Below, one piece after another: positions 28,201 to 32,000 of a stretch of DNA of 32,000 nt. Both the position numbers and the translations under genes were made by a program. The number at the start of each line of letters is the position of its first letter. Positions within the stretch are counted from its first letter, which is position 1. The DNA is from an uncultured Actinomycetes bacterium (GTDB taxonomy: Bacteria; Actinomycetota; Actinomycetes; S36-B12; CAIYMF01), in assembly GCA_963843975.1 (NCBI GenBank), contig CAWJMG010000003.1:1680001-1712000 (forward strand). The letters run 5' to 3'. Below the pieces are notes generated by a model, which worked only from the letters and a program-made list of their open reading frames with translations, ran no database searches and was not told the origin of the DNA.

Positions 28201-28932
28201 GCCCGGACTCCCCCCACGATGCCTGCCGTGTTCGGCACGATCACGACGTCGTCGCCGAGGACGGCGATCACCTCGGGCGAGAGCACCCGGGCGTTGCCGC
28301 CGCCGACGTACAGCCTGTCCCACACGAACACCGGACGCAGCGCGTCCACGACGCGGCGCACCCGGCGCGACCAGAAGGCGGGCCCGAGCCGCTTGCGCTC
28401 CTTGTCGCCGACGTACGTGTCGTACGACTGGCCCCAGCGGACCGGGGCCTGGGAGAAGCTCGAGGTGCGGCGCGAGCCGCCCGCCGTCGAACAGCGCGCA
28501 GCCGAGGCCCGTGCCGAGGGTGAGGACGAGCTCGAGGCCCACGCCCGTCACCACGCCGGCGCCGTGCACCTCGGCGTCGTTGAGGACGAGGGTCGGCATG
28601 CCGAGGCGGGTGGCGAGGGCAGCCTGGGCGTCGAAGCCTTGCCACTGGTCGACGAGCTCGGGCACGGGCCTGCTGCGCGGCCCGCTCTCGGTGACGTAGT
28701 GCGGCGTCACGATGACGACGCCGTGACGGATCATGCCGGGGACCCCGACCGTGGCGCGATCGGCCGGCGGAAGCTCGGCGGCGAGGCCCGCGACCGTGTC
28801 GAGGAAGCGGTCGACCGTGAGCGGGTACGGCGTCGGCACGCGCACGGGCTTGGCGTGCAGCGTGCCCGCGGGGTCGAGCACGGAGGCCTTGATGCCCGTG
28901 CCCCCGCAGTCGACGGCCAGCGTCATGGTCAT
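28182..28932 (-). pseudogene. ROK-family sugar kinase (polyphosphate-glucokinase-like), frameshifted as assembled
   Basis: MTMTLAVDCGGTGIKASV…LNDAEVHGAG…LTLGTGLGCALFDGGRLAPHLEL is in the frame of ORF 27571..29004. The C-terminus SQAPVRWGQSYDTYVGDKERKRLG…YVGGGNARVL…VPNTAGIVGGVRAW is obtained by hand translation of the next frame and ends at TGA 28182-28184. The junction is at about 28449-28462. The length of 751 nt is 3n+1. Confidence 0.8.
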
Positions 28933-29045
28933 GGGCGGATCACGCCGCGCATTCTGCTCCCCCGCGCTCGCGCGGGTGCGCAGGTCGCGCAACACGTCTC
29001 CCACGAGGCTAGTACAGATGTTCGAAACGTTGCTACGCTACGTCC

Positions 29046-29675
29046 ATGGCTCTCGCGGTCCAGGCCTCCCTGCTCGACCTCGCCGATGACGTGCGCCTCG
29101 GAGCGCTCGCCGGCCGCGTCAGCCGTACCCGGCTCGAGCACGGCGCCTGGGTCGACCACCGGCCCGGATGGGTGGAGGGGTCCGACTCCGTCCTCGACTC
29201 CCTCGTGCGCGACATCCCGTGGCGCAGCGAGCGGCGCCGGATGTACGACCGTGTCGTCGATGTCCCTCGCCTCATCAGCTGGTACGACGACGCCCGCGAT
29301 CTCCCGCAGCCGGTCCTGGTCGACGCCCGGGCAGCGCTGTCGGCGTACTACGCGCCCGAGCTCGGCGAGCCGTTCGTCAGCGCCGGCTGCTGCCTCTACC
29401 GCGACGGCCGAGACTCCGTGGCCTGGCACGGCGACACGATCGGCCGCGGAGCCACCCACGACACGATGGTCGCGATCGTCTCCTTCGGCTCGCCGCGCAC
29501 GCTGGCGCTGCGCCCGCGCGGTGGCGGCGCCGGCGTGGCGTTCGCGCTCGGCCACGGCGACCTCGTCGTCATGGGCGGCTCGTGCCAGCGCACCTGGGAG
29601 CACGCCGTCCCCAAGACCGCGCGGGCGGTCGGGCCGCGGGTGAGCATCCAGCTGAGGCCCGCCGGGGTCGCCTAG
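29046..29675 (+). CDS. alkB: alpha-ketoglutarate/Fe(II)-dependent dioxygenase, AlkB family
   Basis: …CCLYRDGRDSVAWHGD…VVMGGSCQRTWEHAVPK…RVSIQLR carries the HxD…H and RxxxxxR pattern of AlkB-like 2OG oxygenases. Confidence 0.85.
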   Translation: MALAVQASLLDLADDVRLGALAGRVSRTRLEHGAWVDHRPGWVEGSDSVLDSLVRDIPWRSERRRMYDRVVDVPRLISWYDDARDLPQPVLVDARAALSAYYAPELGEPFVSAGCCLYRDGRDSVAWHGDTIGRGATHDTMVAIVSFGSPRTLALRPRGGGAGVAFALGHGDLVVMGGSCQRTWEHAVPKTARAVGPRVSIQLRPAGVA

Positions 29676-29700
29676 GTCCCCCGTCCTACGACCCCGGACG

Positions 29701-29745
29701 TGCCTTCGGCCCGGCCCTCCTCGCGGAGGTGCCGGGCCGAAGGCA
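29701..29745. terminator. bidirectional stem-loop between convergent genes
   Basis: tgccttcggcccgg (29701-29714) pairs with ccgggccgaaggca (29732-29745), a 14-bp stem. The loop contains a nested cctcc…ggagg pairing. Confidence 0.6.
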
Positions 29746-29756
29746 TGCGATCAGCG

Positions 29757-31373
29757 TCAGCCGATGTGGACGACCGCCGACTCGTCGGCGTCCGCGACGG
29801 CGTCCTTGCCGATGCGCAGGAACACGAACGTGATCAGCGCGGCCGCGACCATGAAGCCGCCACCCCAGAGGAAGGCGTGGGTGTAGCCCTCGGTGAGCCC
29901 CGCCTTGGTGGCGGCGTCGCCCTGCTGGCCGGGGTTGGCCACGAACCAGGCGGTGGTGCCGGCCACGGCGATCGTGTTGAGAAGCGCCGTGCCGATGGAC
30001 CCGCCGACCTGCTGCGTCGTGTTGAGCACAGCGGAGCCGACGCCTGCGTCCTCACGGCCGATTCCGTGCAGGGCCGTCGTCGAGACCGGGATGAACACGT
30101 GCGCCATGCTCACGCTCATCACGACCATCGCCGGGAACACGTGGGTCCAGTAGTTGGAGTCGGCCTCGAGGGTCGACAACCAGAACAGGCTCAGGGCGGC
30201 ACCGATGAGGCCGGGCACCATGAGCGGCTTGGGTCCGACCCGCGGCAGCAGCTGGCTCGCGACACCCGCGCCCAGGATGATGCCGAGGCTGAACGGCAGG
30301 AACGCGAAGCCTGCAGTGACCGGGCTCATGCCCTTCACGACCTGCAGCCACAGGCCGAGGAAGAGGAACATCGCGAACATGCCGATGCCGACGATCAGGT
30401 TGACGGCGTAGCTCGTGCCGCGGTTGCGGTCGCGCAGGATGCGCAGCGGCAGCAGCGGGCTCACGGCCCGGCTCTCGATGACGAAGAACGCGACGAGCAG
30501 CACGATCGCGGCGCCGAACCACGCCAGCGTGACGGGGTCGGTCCAGTGCGCGGTGTCCTGGATGCCGTGCGGGGCCGCCTTGGTGAACGCGTAGACGAGC
30601 GCCACCAGGCCGAGGGTCGCGGTGATCGCGCCCGCGACGTCGTAGCGCGCCGCACCGGTCGCCTTGCTCTCCTTCACGTAGGGGACGGCGAGGAGGGCTG
30701 CCACGATCGCGATCGGGACGTTGACGAAGAGGCACCAGCGCCACGAGAAGTACTCGGTGAGCACACCGCCGAGCAGCAGGCCGATGGCCGCGCCGCCGCC
30801 GGAGATCGCGCCGTACACGCCGAACGCGCGGGCGCGCTCCTTGGGCTCGTGGAACGTGACGGTGATGAGCGAGAGCGCCGCGGGCGCGAGGAGCGCGGCG
30901 AAGGCGCCCTGCAGGCCGCGCGCCGCGAACAGCATGAGCGGACCCGTCGCGAGGCCGCCGAGGGCCGAGGCGAAGGCGAAGCCGATGAGGCCCACGATGA
31001 AGATCTTCTTGCGCCCCACGTAGTCGGCGATGCGGCCGCCGAGGAGCAGGAGGCCGCCGAAGGCCAGGGTGTACGCCGTGATGACCCACTGCTGGTCGGC
31101 ATCGGCGATGCCGAGGTCGGCCTTGGCGCTCGGGAGGGCGAGGTTCACGATCGAGGCGTCGAGCACCACCATGAGTGCGCTGATGCCGATGACGAGGAGC
31201 GCGCGCCAGCGGTTGGGGTCGGGCACGAGGTCGTAGCCGTGCTCGTTCAGCTCGCCGGGGACGGGGTCTGCGTTGAGGTCGAGATCGGGGGTGTCGGACA
31301 CGGGCGGTGCCTTCCGCTTCGGGCGGGCGCCAGGCGGCGCCTCATCGGCGAGCACGGCACTCCGGCCGCACAT
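29757..31373 (-). CDS. MFS transporter, DHA2 (EmrB/QacA, 14-TMS) type
   Basis: …RWRALLVIGISALMVVLDASIVNLALP… and …GGRIADYVGRKKIF… are MFS motif-A-like. Many TM segments. The start is ATG 31373, or an internal GTG (VSDTPDLD) preceded by GGAAGG. Confidence 0.85.
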   Translation of the reverse strand: MCGRSAVLADEAPPGARPKRKAPPVSDTPDLDLNADPVPGELNEHGYDLVPDPNRWRALLVIGISALMVVLDASIVNLALPSAKADLGIADADQQWVITAYTLAFGGLLLLGGRIADYVGRKKIFIVGLIGFAFASALGGLATGPLMLFAARGLQGAFAALLAPAALSLITVTFHEPKERARAFGVYGAISGGGAAIGLLLGGVLTEYFSWRWCLFVNVPIAIVAALLAVPYVKESKATGAARYDVAGAITATLGLVALVYAFTKAAPHGIQDTAHWTDPVTLAWFGAAIVLLVAFFVIESRAVSPLLPLRILRDRNRGTSYAVNLIVGIGMFAMFLFLGLWLQVVKGMSPVTAGFAFLPFSLGIILGAGVASQLLPRVGPKPLMVPGLIGAALSLFWLSTLEADSNYWTHVFPAMVVMSVSMAHVFIPVSTTALHGIGREDAGVGSAVLNTTQQVGGSIGTALLNTIAVAGTTAWFVANPGQQGDAATKAGLTEGYTHAFLWGGGFMVAAALITFVFLRIGKDAVADADESAVVHIG

Positions 31374-31541
31374 CTGTCAGGGCTGTCGGTCGCGGGCGTC
31401 GTCGCACGCTCGACTCGGAGCGCAACCATCCCCGCCCCGGGCTTGTTCCCACTCTGCCGAACACATCTGACATCGGCTTCTCGGTTTCTGCTGACCCCTG
31501 TCGCCCCCTGCCGTGCGTGACGCTGCGGCTACGGTGATCGC

Positions 31542-32000
31542 ATGACCGAGGCCGCCGCGCTGCGCACCGTGCGTGCGACGCGCTACGTGCTCGCCCTGCG
31601 CGAGGGCGGCTCGCTGCCCGGCGTGGTCGAGGCCGACGACCTGGGCACCTACGTGCTGAAGTTCCGCGGCGCCGGCCAGGGCCTGCTCGCCCTCGTGGCC
31701 GAGGTGGTCTGCGGCGAGCTCGCCCGGCGGCTGGGTCTCCCCGTGCCCGAGCTGGTGCTGGCCGAGCTCGACGCCGGCCTCGCGAGCGCCGAGCCCGACG
31801 AGGAGGTGCAGGACCTCCTGCGGGCCAGCAACGGCCTCAACCTGGGCATGGACTTCCTGCCGGGCTCCCTCGGGATCGAGCGGCCGGACGGCCTCGACCC
31901 GGTGTTCGCCGCCCAGGTCGTCTGGTTCGACGCCCTCGTCCTCAACGTCGACCGCTCCTGGCGCAACCCGAACCTGCTCCGGTGGCACGGCTCGCCGTAC
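31542..32000 (+). CDS. HipA-like kinase family protein (3' end off window)
   Basis: Hand translation from ATG 31542 gives MTEAAALRTVRATRYVLALREGGSLPGVVEADDLGTYVLKFRGAGQGLLALVAEVVCGELARRLGLPVPELVL…NVDRSWRNPNLL. It stays open to the window end. It is absent from the ORF track because no stop is reached. The family assignment is from memory of the YVxKFRGAGQG pattern. Confidence 0.6.
   Translation, partial: MTEAAALRTVRATRYVLALREGGSLPGVVEADDLGTYVLKFRGAGQGLLALVAEVVCGELARRLGLPVPELVLAELDAGLASAEPDEEVQDLLRASNGLNLGMDFLPGSLGIERPDGLDPVFAAQVVWFDALVLNVDRSWRNPNLLRWHGSPY

Noticed and set aside
27571-29004. 477-aa ORF that appears to fuse a ROK kinase N-terminus to a DUF2252 N-terminus.
   Set aside because: The middle ~100 residues are Arg/Pro/Gly nonsense. 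The true ROK C-terminus and DUF2252 C-terminus are both found in the adjacent frame. The ORF is a by-product of two frameshifts plus GC-rich stop-free sequence.

Overview
The window is a visibly very GC-rich chromosomal segment of the high-GC Gram-positive (Actinomycetota) type. It is densely coded on both strands, mostly with housekeeping genes. I saw no rRNA, tRNA or CRISPR array by eye.

Gene order:
- arcA (5' partial)
- a DUF559 nuclease cassette
- pckG
- an alpha/beta-hydrolase fused to a membrane domain
- a large repeat-domain surface protein
- cspA
- a DUF3467 gene
- a same-strand run of a dimethylglycine-oxidase-like DAO+GcvT fusion, DUF2804, a YjjI-type glycyl-radical enzyme and its YjjW-type radical-SAM activase
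- a short, compositionally atypical island (membrane protein, lipoprotein, DUF222/HNH nuclease)
- an FAH-like hypothetical gene
- a three-gene Sdh1-type succinate dehydrogenase operon
- an M20 peptidase
- a tight minus-strand run of ROK kinase, DUF2252, YhhN and DUF1015
- alkB
- a DHA2-type MFS transporter
- the start of a HipA-like kinase gene

Main points for follow-up:
1. The uncharacterised YjjI/YjjW glycyl-radical pair sits with DUF2804 and an N-methyl-amino-acid-oxidase-like gene.
2. A DUF559 nuclease gene is bracketed by roughly 68-bp imperfect inverted repeats between arcA and pckG.
3. A leader region contains C12, C11 and C7 homopolymers.
4. Five genes, including sdhA, each read as one extra nucleotide long, with a short G/C run (3-5 nt) at or next to each of the four localised junctions. 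This looks more like assembly indels than biology, but it needs checking.

The long Arg/Ala/Pro/Gly-rich ORFs lying antisense or off-frame to these genes are treated as GC artefacts.
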